Shown: positions 18,701 to 28,008, counted from the stretch's first letter. The stretch: DNA of 64,000 nucleotides from a virus (IMGVR_UViG_3300032007_000073:1-64000), one strand, 5' to 3'. The notes: generated by a model not told the origin, from the letters alone. Numbers and translations: made by a program.

Positions 18701-21700
18701 GGGTGGGGTTTGTATTTTGCAGAGAATAAAGATACGAGCGAAAAATACAGACAAGCTTTGTTATCTAAAAGATTGGGTGTTCCTTTATGGAATAGTAATA
18801 TAGAAGGAAATATATATGAAATTGAAGGTAAAAAGAATTTAAAAGAAATAAGTAAGCTTTTAAGTACAGAAGAAACAAATGAAGCAGTGTTAGAAGCAAC
18901 AGAAAAAAACAACTACAAACCTATAAAAGATTTATTAAAAAATACAATAAAATACTTACAAGAGAATATTAATAATGAAGATAGAGAACAAATAGAAGGT
19001 ATAGACGATAAAAAATTATTAGAAGAATTGCAAAGTATAGATATAGATAATATTAAAATAACACAAGATAAAGGACAAACTTTTAAGGTAGATATACCGG
19101 AAAACGATGTGTTGTTAGACGAAGATAAAACTTTTGAAGAACAACCGGAAAAGGTACAAAAAGCATTAAAAGAAATCGCAGAAAAAGAACTTGAAAAAGA
19201 TGTGCAAACTGATTTTTTAAAAGGGTACGAGTATGAAATAAAATATCAAGAAGAACATCCCGAAGCAAAAGATTTTAATCTTAGTGCAGAAATAAATAAC
19301 CTTGCGAAATCCGGAAAAGAAAGAACAATAGAACTTATTAAAAAATACAACTTTAATGAAGAAAGGCAAGTAAAAATAGATTTTATAAATTCTATAAAAA
19401 ATATTGATGATTTTATAATTAGCAGCAAACCTATTGATTTTAAGAATTATAAAGGAGAAGATTTTACAGGTAAAGAAATATATGATGCTATAACATTTAA
19501 TTTGAAAGGTAAAGATGCAGATCGTAAGGAAGCAAGTTTATTATTAAACAAATACGGTGTAAAAGGTATAAGTTATAACGGCGGTATTGACGGTAGAGCT
19601 TATGTAATATTTGATGATAAAGCTGTAAAAGTTTTAGAGAAGTTTTATCAAGAACAGCAGCAAGAGCAGCCGAGAGGGAGTACTACGATTTACGACAGAC
19701 AATATTTTATTGATTTGTTCAGTGCTTCCGACAAGAGTACATTGTTGCATGAAACAGGACATGTGTTTTTGAGTGAGATACTTTATTTTGCAAGATCTAA
19801 AAATGCTTCTAAAAAAGTTTTGGAAATTAAAAAGAAGCTTGATGAGTGGTTGGGTGAGCCGGAAGATAACGGCAGATATTCTACAAGGCAACAAGAGTTG
19901 TTTGCGACAAGTGCCGAAGCTTTCTTTAGAGAAGGTAAAGCTCCGACTGCTAAACTTAAAACTGTGTTTGAAAGATTTAAAAAGTGGTTAAGTGATATAT
20001 ATGACAGAATTAAAGATGATTTGCCGAAGATTAACGATGATGTTAGAGAGTTGTTTAATACAATCTTGAGCAGAAGTTATGATGTGCCGGACAGTAATAT
20101 TTATGCCGGTAAAGAAAGTGCTATTAAAGAAGTTATTAAAAATATTCAAGAAGGCAGAGCGAGCGAAGTTGACGGTATAACTATTGATGATGTGTACAAT
20201 TTGTTAAATGTTGCATACACAAGAAAGCCGAGTAAACCTTCCAAAAACTTAAAACAGTTATTAAATGATAAAAATATTTACGACTTTAATGAGTTGAATA
20301 AAGCCGGTGCGGATACCGTATTGCAAATTTTAAAAGACGGCGGATATGTTAAAGAAGATGCTACGGCGGAAGCTGCGGTTGAACTTGCAAAAGCCGCACT
20401 TGACGGGAATCCTGTTTACAGGTTAGCGGATCAGTGGAGAGTTGCAGGCGATATTGATTTTGCAAGAAATCTGCGAGTTTTGGAGAAGGTTATAGAGTTT
20501 AGCCAGATAGACAGCACTTTGGAAAAGATATTATCCTTGCAAGAAGAAGGGTACAGAAATGTGGAGCAGGGCGATGTTGATAAGGTGCAAGATGAGTATA
20601 AAAGGTTGATGAGTGCGGATGTTAAAGAAGCTAAAAAGATTGTGGAAGATATAATTAATCGTTTGCATAAAAAAAGATTTATTGACAGGGCTGCACAAAA
20701 GCAGATGATTAATGATTTAAAGTTTTCTGCTACGGCAGAAGAAATACAAGAGAGTGTGTTAAATGTTATTGAAGATTTGCAAGATGAAATTAAGTTGGTT
20801 AAAGAGCAGTTAAGGAATCCGAGAAAGCCGATAGTTAGAAAAGATAAAACTGTTTTGCCGCCGAAAAATGCTACGGAAGAAGAAAAGAATAATTATAAGA
20901 AGTATATGAGAAAACAGATAAACAGATTGTTGAAGCAGGCACTTCCGAGAAAACAAAATCAGCAGAAGTTTTCTAAGTTTGACGAGCAGACACAAAGATT
21001 TTTTACGGACCTTGAAAAGTATAACAAGATGACTATTGAGCAAGCTCAAGGAGAGTTGTATCAGAGAGCGACAAGTATTATTGATGATGAAGGTGTTGGA
21101 TTGGATAATTATGAGAAAATGAAAAATATGTTTTTATCTTATAAGGCTAATAAGGTAAATCAGAATACGACCGAGTTTTATAAGCAGCTTTATGATAATT
21201 TGATGCAGATTAATGTGTTTGGCAGAAATGCTAAAGAGATTGAAGAAACATTAAAAAAAGAGCAAATACAGAAAGATATAAATGATTTGGTGGTTAACAT
21301 TGAAGATAATAAAAGTAAAAACGGGTTAACTGCCGGAGTAAAGAAACAGTATATAAAGTGGTTAGGTAATTGGTGGAGTACCATAAATGCTATTGCCGGA
21401 AAGAAGCAAGCTGATAAAGATAGTTTGGAAAGAATTGAAATTGATATTTTTAACAAGAATTATGAAACGACAGAAAACTTAAAAACAAAATGTGCTGCTG
21501 CTTTAGGTTTGAAAAATGCTACCGATTTGGATATGACCGTTAACAGATATTTGAACGAAGAATATACTTATGAAGAATTGGATGCAAGAAGCGGTACAAG
21601 TAATGCGGTTAAATTGAATAAGATGCAGCTTATATGTTGTTATATTTGGATGAAAAATGACAACTTAAAAGAGAGAATTGTAAGAGCTTTTGGTAATGTA

Positions 21701-23254
21701 CAGATTATGGATATGATGGATAAGCTCACAATTCAAGATAAAAAGTTTGGTGATGAATTACAAAAAGCAGTTGCTTCGTTGTATGACGATATTAACAAGG
21801 TGTATTTAAAGATGTACGGGTTGGATATGCCGCAAGCAGAAAATTATTTCCCTTCTTCTGTTGAAAGGATACAAGGTAATATGGATTTGCTTAAAGATAA
21901 TATAGGGCAAGTATCATCGCCCGGATTTATTAAGGCAAGAGTGCAAAGTAATTTACCGTTAATGAATTTTGGTAATCCGGTAAAGATAGCTTTAGATCAT
22001 ATAACGAAAGTAAATCATTTTATTTATATGCAAGAAAAACTTGCAGATTTGAATAAGGTTTATAAAACTACTGTAGTTAAAAGGCATATAACTAATGCTT
22101 ACGGTGATAGAGTATATAAATATATTTTGCAAGTGTTAGATAATGCAAAGTTTTCTACCGTTGCAAGAACTATTGACGGTATAAGCGATATAGGTGATTA
22201 TTTAGTTAACAATTATGTGTTAACTAAAATTGCTGTTAAGCCGAGTATTATGATTAAGCAGTTGTTATCGTGCATAAACTATGCGGAAGATATGAGTAGT
22301 GTAAAATGGTTTGAAGGGTTTTTGAAAGGTGTTACAACTCCGAAAAAAGTTATTGATTTTATGATGAAAAACAGTAAGTATTGCCAAAGCAGATTTGCAA
22401 AAGGCGGACAAACAGAAGCTTTGTTAAAAGCTATGGAAGGCAGTAATGCAACTTTTGCAAAGGTAAAAACTTTTAAGGGTATGCTTAGTTGGATGACAAG
22501 AGTTGGTGATATAGGTGCAATTATATTCGGTGGGTATCCGTATGTTGTGGATCAGATGAGCAAGGGTGTATCTTTGAAAACAGCTATTGAGAATTTTGAG
22601 AGAGCTACGATAAGAAGTCAGCAGGCAAGTTTACCTTCTACATTGAGTAATTTTCAGTATCGTGGTATGAATAGTTGGTTATATAGAGCTATGTTTGCTT
22701 TTGCTAATACTCCGAATCAGTACAGCAGAAAGATTGGTGATACGATGTATATGTATTTTCATGGCGATATAAATAAAAAGCAGGCGGCTAAAAATTTATT
22801 GATTTACGGTGTGCTAAATTCTTTCTTATATACTTCGTTTACTTCTCTTGCGATTCTTTCCGGGTTGGTTAGCGGTGATTGGGATGATTTAAAAGATGAT
22901 ATTATTATGAGTTTGATGCAGTGTAGTAATGTGTTGGCACTGCCGATAATATCGCAAGCTTATAACAGTTTTGTATCTAAAGTGGTTACAGGTGATTTTA
23001 CTCCGGATAAAGAGATACCGTTACTTGATGATATGGTTAAGATTATGAGGACCGCTACGAAAGATGAGCTTGAGTTTAAAGATTGGTTGACGATTATAGA
23101 TGAAGTTTCAAGTTTGGTTTTGGGTGTGCCGGTAAAGACATTGTACAATGAGTTTGTAGGATCTACCAAAGATTTACTTGACGGTGAGTATGGTAAGTTT
23201 GCAGTTAAGTTGTACGGTGCGACAGAAAGCAGGGCTAATAAAATTTTTGATTAA
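15719..23254 (+). CDS. Giant ejection / large polyvalent protein with ART-PolyVal-like, LPD23-like and zincin (MPTase-like) domains
   Basis: FKNWFGDW...DENGEPKVCYHGT; AYHGTPHRFDTFSTDKIGTGEGAQAHGWGLYFAE; STLLHETGHVF...ELFA; gp16-like position. Confidence 0.8.
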   Translation: MNSEEIFNNIKNNTRTTVTKEFDPQEVLKSIGLDRTQDIDKNVADQKVEPQYVDADKPKFVQPERRSYFVAGNANNNEINTTAQRPNEIEYEADVVDDEKKKDNYFGLSKLATNKKDIVKNALKYVVQAPNLIQNAANTIGMFTGKSGEDVIKEGVRGFAGSTVDFASAMTRFFGQNYMYFKGMKDKLIDEAANIGSVLTGGEDFSDDIKQKYTDFYNRIDRQTQEFKDKTERFLQYTGIGKTDKDGFIYDLVGGGASLLYAIGATVVTKSPASAAEVFGAYQYQSLYEEGIEKGFSPIKARSIGVAGGAAEGALELVGLHVLIETLAARKSFAKILKSAATEFIQEASQQGAEEILATTSGMRTESVSEILANVGYAGLIGALIGGGSATVSNTRFVQKMISDSATKELINIGVKDEYAKQMVNNMLDFSVSPQVADELNSMLKDEQSPVTYKNADPRETYKEFGDTVKKALDPQQKRGVELEFLQEKKKKIQEYADALINSGKVANKDEAYRQAENAVSFYDDLVMEAYNQDNIRPAEYYKRFNVNAQSGDIETDERNIDDNNISLDDSFNPIDFDETERAKYEAEIEGYEDWLADEQKRSGIRNNFKTQKNILADMGIGKIRKLDKGNDRYGEYEALSPRIKSSFFTDVPTAMTWDEAEHILQQHNGDSADIFDYFDTIDKSVPVGQEGYLQKGIFNKVLAKEKEDIKQKAVADGTFLKAPNGKDSNLPEQLWLVVRTKAFKNWFGDWLNDPQNASKIVDENGEPKVCYHGTPLSRKQKTKNTGWYTDENGEEHYRRQEAPFNIFRGGAYNGLIFFSTDRAKAKEIANYRSMHIQDDEKGNEQWTEEGYVYDVFLNSKNPLNVANKKVVNEILDSIGNIEAYDFYTNKLTKITKDEAAEILSGNNSWMVAETKQFLDAIKAQGYDALQAKDEGVEYTAVFKPNQIKSINNRGTFDTNNPDIYYQAAYHGTPHRFDTFSTDKIGTGEGAQAHGWGLYFAENKDTSEKYRQALLSKRLGVPLWNSNIEGNIYEIEGKKNLKEISKLLSTEETNEAVLEATEKNNYKPIKDLLKNTIKYLQENINNEDREQIEGIDDKKLLEELQSIDIDNIKITQDKGQTFKVDIPENDVLLDEDKTFEEQPEKVQKALKEIAEKELEKDVQTDFLKGYEYEIKYQEEHPEAKDFNLSAEINNLAKSGKERTIELIKKYNFNEERQVKIDFINSIKNIDDFIISSKPIDFKNYKGEDFTGKEIYDAITFNLKGKDADRKEASLLLNKYGVKGISYNGGIDGRAYVIFDDKAVKVLEKFYQEQQQEQPRGSTTIYDRQYFIDLFSASDKSTLLHETGHVFLSEILYFARSKNASKKVLEIKKKLDEWLGEPEDNGRYSTRQQELFATSAEAFFREGKAPTAKLKTVFERFKKWLSDIYDRIKDDLPKINDDVRELFNTILSRSYDVPDSNIYAGKESAIKEVIKNIQEGRASEVDGITIDDVYNLLNVAYTRKPSKPSKNLKQLLNDKNIYDFNELNKAGADTVLQILKDGGYVKEDATAEAAVELAKAALDGNPVYRLADQWRVAGDIDFARNLRVLEKVIEFSQIDSTLEKILSLQEEGYRNVEQGDVDKVQDEYKRLMSADVKEAKKIVEDIINRLHKKRFIDRAAQKQMINDLKFSATAEEIQESVLNVIEDLQDEIKLVKEQLRNPRKPIVRKDKTVLPPKNATEEEKNNYKKYMRKQINRLLKQALPRKQNQQKFSKFDEQTQRFFTDLEKYNKMTIEQAQGELYQRATSIIDDEGVGLDNYEKMKNMFLSYKANKVNQNTTEFYKQLYDNLMQINVFGRNAKEIEETLKKEQIQKDINDLVVNIEDNKSKNGLTAGVKKQYIKWLGNWWSTINAIAGKKQADKDSLERIEIDIFNKNYETTENLKTKCAAALGLKNATDLDMTVNRYLNEEYTYEELDARSGTSNAVKLNKMQLICCYIWMKNDNLKERIVRAFGNVQIMDMMDKLTIQDKKFGDELQKAVASLYDDINKVYLKMYGLDMPQAENYFPSSVERIQGNMDLLKDNIGQVSSPGFIKARVQSNLPLMNFGNPVKIALDHITKVNHFIYMQEKLADLNKVYKTTVVKRHITNAYGDRVYKYILQVLDNAKFSTVARTIDGISDIGDYLVNNYVLTKIAVKPSIMIKQLLSCINYAEDMSSVKWFEGFLKGVTTPKKVIDFMMKNSKYCQSRFAKGGQTEALLKAMEGSNATFAKVKTFKGMLSWMTRVGDIGAIIFGGYPYVVDQMSKGVSLKTAIENFERATIRSQQASLPSTLSNFQYRGMNSWLYRAMFAFANTPNQYSRKIGDTMYMYFHGDINKKQAAKNLLIYGVLNSFLYTSFTSLAILSGLVSGDWDDLKDDIIMSLMQCSNVLALPIISQAYNSFVSKVVTGDFTPDKEIPLLDDMVKIMRTATKDELEFKDWLTIIDEVSSLVLGVPVKTLYNEFVGSTKDLLDGEYGKFAVKLYGATESRANKIFD

Positions 23255-23278
23255 AATATTTTTTAAGGGGGTAGTGTA

Positions 23279-23569
23279 ATGAGTACTACTGCGATGAAGT
23301 TTGTAGATTTAGTTAAAGACAGTGTTGCTGTTGAGCAGGCAATAAGGCACGAAGGAAGAAACAATGTTATTTCCGTTAGCGGTATCACCGGGAACGGTAT
23401 ATTGAAATTTGAAGTGTCTGTTGATGACGGTACAACATGGGTAGAAGATTCGTCTTTGGAGTTTAGCGAAGATGGTGTTAAAGTGTTACATAATGCTCCG
23501 GCAATTCTTAAAGCTAAGTTGGATGATGTAACGGATGCATCAGCTATAGCAGTACAGTTAGGTTATTAA
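23279..23569 (+). CDS. Hypothetical tail-associated beta protein
   Basis: GGGG SD; position after ejection genes. Confidence 0.6.
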   Translation: MSTTAMKFVDLVKDSVAVEQAIRHEGRNNVISVSGITGNGILKFEVSVDDGTTWVEDSSLEFSEDGVKVLHNAPAILKAKLDDVTDASAIAVQLGY

Positions 23570-23582
23570 GGGGGTGTTTGAT

Positions 23583-23918
23583 ATGGGTATGGAAAAAGGT
23601 AGCGGTTTAAATTTTGCTTCCGCCGGAAACAACAGCGGTAAAGTGATTATAGACGGGGACAATACTAATCTTAATGTTAAGGGTGGAGAAGTATATAAGT
23701 TTGGTGTAATAGATGAGTTGGTATTGACAACAGTATCAACTTCCGACAATGAAAGTGTTATTTATTTTACTACGGACAGTACTTTTACTTTTACGGATAA
23801 CAGCGGTATCAGATGGGGTAACGGAAATGAGTTGCCGACCTTTGAAGCAAACACTGTGTATTGTATTGTTGTCCGCAACGGTCTTGCAGAGATAGATAAT
23901 TTTGGCAGTGCTTCATAA
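23583..23918 (+). CDS. Hypothetical tail-associated protein
   Basis: Start refined to ATG 23583; beta-rich; position. Confidence 0.55.
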   Translation: MGMEKGSGLNFASAGNNSGKVIIDGDNTNLNVKGGEVYKFGVIDELVLTTVSTSDNESVIYFTTDSTFTFTDNSGIRWGNGNELPTFEANTVYCIVVRNGLAEIDNFGSAS

Positions 23919-23931
23919 AGGGGGTGCGACT

Positions 23932-24528
23932 ATGAGTATGTTTTACGAGTTGATGATGAAGAAAAAGGGGATACCTTCAAGATACCAAGAAGTAGAGTAT
24001 ATTGAAAGCACAGGCACACAATGGATAGATACAGGAATAGTTCCAAGTGCAACTATTCAATTTGTTTGTGATGTTGAATTTACAGATATATTGGTTGGCA
24101 GAGTTGGAACAATTAAAAGTATTCCAGGGAAAAATTATGCAAATAGACACTATTTCGGAGTTCTTTCGTCTAGATTTATAGGTGCAAACGGAAATATATA
24201 TAATCATTCAATCACTAATGCAAACACGAATAGACATATTTTTAGTTTAGACAATAAAGGGTTGTCAATAGACAATGTTCTAGTATATTCGCATACAGGA
24301 GAATATGAAACAAATTTAAGTTTTTATTTATTTGCTTGCAACGACAACGGAAGTGCAAATTATTATTCAAAGGTAAAAATATACAACTCCCAAATCTATG
24401 ACAACAACAGATTAGTTCGTAATTTTATCCCTGTTTACGATACATTAACTAACAAGTATGGTATATGGGAAAGTGTGCAGGGCAAATTCTGCGGTAATGC
24501 AGGAACAGGAGATTTTATAGGAGCATAA
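23932..24528 (+). CDS. Tail fibre / receptor-binding-type domain protein
   Basis: YQEVEYIESTGTQWIDTG ... VRNFIPV ... GNAGTGDF, a module common in phage tail genes; start refined to 23932. Confidence 0.65.
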   Translation: MSMFYELMMKKKGIPSRYQEVEYIESTGTQWIDTGIVPSATIQFVCDVEFTDILVGRVGTIKSIPGKNYANRHYFGVLSSRFIGANGNIYNHSITNANTNRHIFSLDNKGLSIDNVLVYSHTGEYETNLSFYLFACNDNGSANYYSKVKIYNSQIYDNNRLVRNFIPVYDTLTNKYGIWESVQGKFCGNAGTGDFIGA

Positions 24529-24537
24529 GGGGGAAAT

Positions 24538-24945
24538 ATGTTTGGTAAAATAATTGACGGAAAACTTGTAATTGCAGGGCAGATAGTAAAAGACGGAAAC
24601 ACAACGATAACAAATCCAACGGAAGAAAAGTTGAGAGAGTTAGGTTATAAAGAAATTGAATATACAGAAAAGCCGACATTTAACAAAGAAGAAGAAAAGT
24701 TGCAAGAGATTTATACTGACGGAGATAAGATAACAGTTAGTTATGAAGTTGTAGCACTAACGACAGAAGAACACAATGCTATTATTCAAGCCGAAATTGT
24801 TGCAGAAGAAAACAAGATTACACCGAGAAATATTCGTAATGCAATTAAGGGAGATACTTTTGCACTTGATAAGATAACGGAAATTGAAAGCAATATTTAT
24901 CAGTTAAGACAAAAGTTAAGAACGGTAGAAGCCAATGAAGAATAA
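24538..24945 (+). CDS. Tail fibre assembly-like protein
   Basis: Position after the fibre gene; NPTEEKLRELGYKE motif. Confidence 0.5.
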   Translation: MFGKIIDGKLVIAGQIVKDGNTTITNPTEEKLRELGYKEIEYTEKPTFNKEEEKLQEIYTDGDKITVSYEVVALTTEEHNAIIQAEIVAEENKITPRNIRNAIKGDTFALDKITEIESNIYQLRQKLRTVEANEE

Positions 24946-25168
24946 TTTAAAAAGATTATTTACTTTACCGAACATAGTAATAATATTATCTGCATTATAT
25001 ATCTGCTTTCAAATTTACGAATTGCCGAGTAAAGTGTCTATTTTGGAAAACAGAGTTACTGCAGTAGAAAAAGAGAATATAACTCTTAAAACAAAATTAG
25101 ACCTTTGTCTAAATGCAATTTACGATATCAGGTCGGATATAAAGCAGTTGTTGAAAGATATCAAGTGA
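24935..25168 (+). CDS. Small membrane protein with coiled coil (holin/antiholin-like)
   Basis: One TM segment plus LENRVTAVEKE...DIRSDIKQLL. Confidence 0.5.
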   Translation: MKNNLKRLFTLPNIVIILSALYICFQIYELPSKVSILENRVTAVEKENITLKTKLDLCLNAIYDIRSDIKQLLKDIK

Positions 25169-25316
25169 TAGGGTTGATATATAAGTAGTATTGCTCTTTC
25201 TTGAACACAATAACTATCGGCAACGAAGTTTGTTGATGCTCAAAAAACTCCATAAATATTTCAAAAGTATAACTGTTGCAGGGCTTCCTATCGGCTCTGC
25301 ACAAATAGGAGATAAA

Positions 25317-25550
25317 ATGTTTAAGAAATTAATTTACGATTTACTTTACAAAGCATTAGAATTTGTTTTAGTGGGTTTTTTAGGTTTTTGGATGTTTATA
25401 TTCATTGAGAAAACTTTTGCTACATTATGGGCAATTATAGGGCTTTCATTGATATTCTATTTCTTCAGTCCTATCATAAAGCCATATATTGACGAATTTA
25501 GAAAATGGATATATTCAAAGATAACAAAGAAAAATGAAAAAGATAATTAA
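25317..25550 (+). CDS. Two-TM membrane protein (lysis cassette)
   Basis: Start refined to ATG 25317 after AGGAG; two hydrophobic helices. Confidence 0.55.
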   Translation: MFKKLIYDLLYKALEFVLVGFLGFWMFIFIEKTFATLWAIIGLSLIFYFFSPIIKPYIDEFRKWIYSKITKKNEKDN

Positions 25551-25827
25551 TTATATCAAGTTAATGTTGCAAGATAGGGGTGGAACTCCGAACACAAAAC
25601 TGCATTTCGGAAGTTTGTTTGCAATAGTTATGATAGTAGGTTTATTTGTGTCGGTAGATAATGCTTTATACCAAACATTTACTTTTGCGACATTATGCTT
25701 ATTTGGTATATCGGCAGTAGATAATTTAACTGCTCCGAAGATAGAAATAAACAAAAAAGAAACAAAAGAAACAAAGACGGAAATAGATGTTGACGGAATA
25801 GCCAAAACAATTAAAGGGAAGAAATGA
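25534..25827 (+). CDS. Holin-like protein
   Basis: Two TM helices and a highly charged C-terminus; upstream of endolysin. Confidence 0.6.
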   Translation: MKKIINYIKLMLQDRGGTPNTKLHFGSLFAIVMIVGLFVSVDNALYQTFTFATLCLFGISAVDNLTAPKIEINKKETKETKTEIDVDGIAKTIKGKK

Positions 25828-25887
25828 TAGATTTTTACGATGATAAAGAGTATGAGTTAATTTATACAAGTTTCGGAACAGGAGCAA

Positions 25888-26013
25888 AATGAAATATTGT
25901 GTTAATTGTATGAACTCAATAATAAAGTATAGTGGCAACGGATATTATTGTTGGTGCAGTAAATACAATAAGGAAGTTAGATTTTATGAGAAAGGTTGTC
26001 AGGAGCATAAGTG
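25888..26013 (+). CDS. Cys-rich peptide, 41 aa
   Basis: Manual translation MKYCVNCMNS...CWCSKY...GCQEHK; AGGAG upstream. Confidence 0.45.
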
Positions 26014-26310
26014 AGTGAAGTTAAAAACATTATTATTAGCATTATTATCTTTATTCTTTGGTCTGTCGGTTGCTTTTTGTCAGGATACATACTATCTAAC
26101 CGACAAGCAATTAAACGAATTGAGCAATCAAATAACGAACTTGCAGAAAAACAACGAGAACTTGACGAACTTATTAAATCAACAGACGATAGAATTAGAA
26201 ACATTAGAGAACAGTTACTTGCAGAAATATCTAACAATGGAGCAACAACAAAAGAATTATCAAAACTTGTTGAACAGATACGAAAGCAGAGAATCAATAT
26301 ACAGATATAG
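26011..26310 (+). CDS. Inner-membrane spanin-like protein
   Basis: N-terminal TM plus coiled coil; GTG start 5 nt after AGGAG. Confidence 0.6.
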   Translation: MSEVKNIIISIIIFILWSVGCFLSGYILSNRQAIKRIEQSNNELAEKQRELDELIKSTDDRIRNIREQLLAEISNNGATTKELSKLVEQIRKQRINIQI

Positions 26311-26365
26311 CATTATCGGTGCTTTGGTGTTAGGTCTTTTAATCGGTGTAGTGGTAGCAAAGTGA
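26015..26365 (+). CDS. Overlapping spanin-like protein (signal peptide, coiled coil, C-terminal TM)
   Basis: MKLKTLLLALLSLFFGLSVAFC signal; C-terminal SIIGALVLGLLIGVVVAK; +1 frame relative to 26011. Confidence 0.6.
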   Translation: MKLKTLLLALLSLFFGLSVAFCQDTYYLTDKQLNELSNQITNLQKNNENLTNLLNQQTIELETLENSYLQKYLTMEQQQKNYQNLLNRYESRESIYRYSIIGALVLGLLIGVVVAK

Positions 26366-26725
26366 TACCATATTTCCTAAACGGGAAAAAAGGTTATTTC
26401 AAGAAAATAGGGAAAATTGAAATAAATGATTAAGTGTATTAATTGTCCTTACTTTGTGCAAAGTAATAACGGATATGAATATTGCTCATACTATTGTTGC
26501 GATATAGATAGAGTTATATTGCTTAGTATGTGCCATTGGATAGAACAAGATGATAATAATAAAAACTAATATGGAAAAAATACCAACAAGTTGTAAAGAG
26601 TGCGACCTTAGAGTTGTAGCACCGAAGATGATAATGTGTCCTGTTTTGCACGATTGGATAGAGCCGTTTGAGTTTAAGAACGGTAAAGTAAAACTTGAAA
26701 ATTGTCCTTTGGAAGAACAAAAAAA

Positions 26726-27148
26726 ATGAAACTAACTAAAAATTTTACTTTTGAGGAACTTACAAACACAAGCCACAAAGATTTATTGGCAGACAATATC
26801 TATTATGCCGTAAACAATATGGATAAAGTTAAAGAGTTAGCTTTATTTGCTCAGGAAGTAAGAGAATTGTTAAATGTACCGATGACTGTAACAAGTGCCG
26901 TTAGATGTCCTTCGCTTAATACCAAAGTAGGTGGAACACCTACAAGCCAACATCAAAAAATAGAAGCAATAGATTTTATCCCTGCAAAAATATCATTGGA
27001 AAAAACATTTGATATTATAAGATATTCAAAACTCAAATTCGGACAATTAATAATTGAAAAGTCAGGAAATAAAGAATGGATACATATAAGTATCGGTAAT
27101 AAAAGAGAAACTCTTTATTTTAACGGCAAAAAATATATAAAATTTTAG
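26726..27148 (+). CDS. Endolysin, peptidase M15A family
   Basis: KLTKNFTFEEL; VTSAVRCPSLNTKVGG...SQH...AIDF; EWIHIS. Start refined to ATG 26726. Confidence 0.88.
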   Translation: MKLTKNFTFEELTNTSHKDLLADNIYYAVNNMDKVKELALFAQEVRELLNVPMTVTSAVRCPSLNTKVGGTPTSQHQKIEAIDFIPAKISLEKTFDIIRYSKLKFGQLIIEKSGNKEWIHISIGNKRETLYFNGKKYIKF

Positions 27149-28008
27149 GTAAGCCATTTATTCTTATATATCTGTTCTATTACATAATCAGGCTTTAACT
27201 CTTTCATACATCTTGCTTGACAAGGTAAAGCATCTTTTGGCATTTTAAGTCTATATTTGTTGCTACCCCATTCATAGCAAGGCTCACAATAATTAGCTCT
27301 TAAATTCAAATTAAACGACCTTCCTTGATTCTCTATGGCAGTAGAGCCAAACAAAACAACTGATTTTCCACCTATATGTTGATTTAAGATTACTAATCCA
27401 CCTTCAATATCAATATGAAACAAAGCTCTTTTCATTACTTCGGCAGACTGTTGTATCGTAAGTTTATCTACCAAGTTTAAAACAGTATGTTTAATCGGAA
27501 AACAACTTGCTCCACTACCTATTTGAACACAAGGAATCCCTATTTTCAAAACCAGTTCACTCCAATACTCAACCGACCAAGCCTTTGTGCATATTACATT
27601 CTTATCTAACGGATTTCCGCTTAAACGACCGTATCCGTTGTTTACTGTAACAAATTTCTTAGGTAAGACTAAATCTAATTTCGTTTTCCAATTTAAAGGA
27701 ACAATAGTATCAAAAGAGAAATCTATCCCTGCGTTTCTTGCAATACATTCATCACATTTATCTGTTTCATAAGTCTTTGGCAAATCGTAATTACAGAAAT
27801 TCTTATATCCTATAAGACCACGCATTTTAGACCTATCTAACTCTCTTTTGAAACCTTCTCTTTCAAAAAGAAACCAATATCGGTCTGAATATATTGTGAT
27901 ATTGTTTGTTGGATAGTCTTTCTGTTTACAATAAGTTAAAAGGAAAGCCCTTGCATTTAGAGCATCTCCTAATCCGTAAATAATTCCTGCTTTAGTTATC
28001 ATTCCCAT
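27145..28008 (-). CDS. GT9 (heptosyltransferase)-like GT-B glycosyltransferase
   Basis: GLGDAL; KAWSVEYWSELV; NLVDKLTIQQSAEVMKRALFHIDIEGGLV...VVLFGST. Start refined to 28008. Confidence 0.75.
   Translation of the reverse strand: MGMITKAGIIYGLGDALNARAFLLTYCKQKDYPTNNITIYSDRYWFLFEREGFKRELDRSKMRGLIGYKNFCNYDLPKTYETDKCDECIARNAGIDFSFDTIVPLNWKTKLDLVLPKKFVTVNNGYGRLSGNPLDKNVICTKAWSVEYWSELVLKIGIPCVQIGSGASCFPIKHTVLNLVDKLTIQQSAEVMKRALFHIDIEGGLVILNQHIGGKSVVLFGSTAIENQGRSFNLNLRANYCEPCYEWGSNKYRLKMPKDALPCQARCMKELKPDYVIEQIYKNKWLT

Larger units (their letters stand above)
1..23950 (+). mobile_element. Podovirus-type phage segment (packaging, head, short tail, ejection proteins), truncated at left
   Basis: Co-oriented TerS, TerL, scaffold, capsid, T7-like portal, gp11/gp12-like proteins and large internal virion proteins; uniform CCGG/GATC-rich composition. 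Right boundary inferred from composition. Confidence 0.85.

Noticed and set aside
23932-24528. Diversity-generating retroelement acting on the fibre gene
   Set aside because: No reverse transcriptase and no adenine-variant TR/VR pair visible in the window
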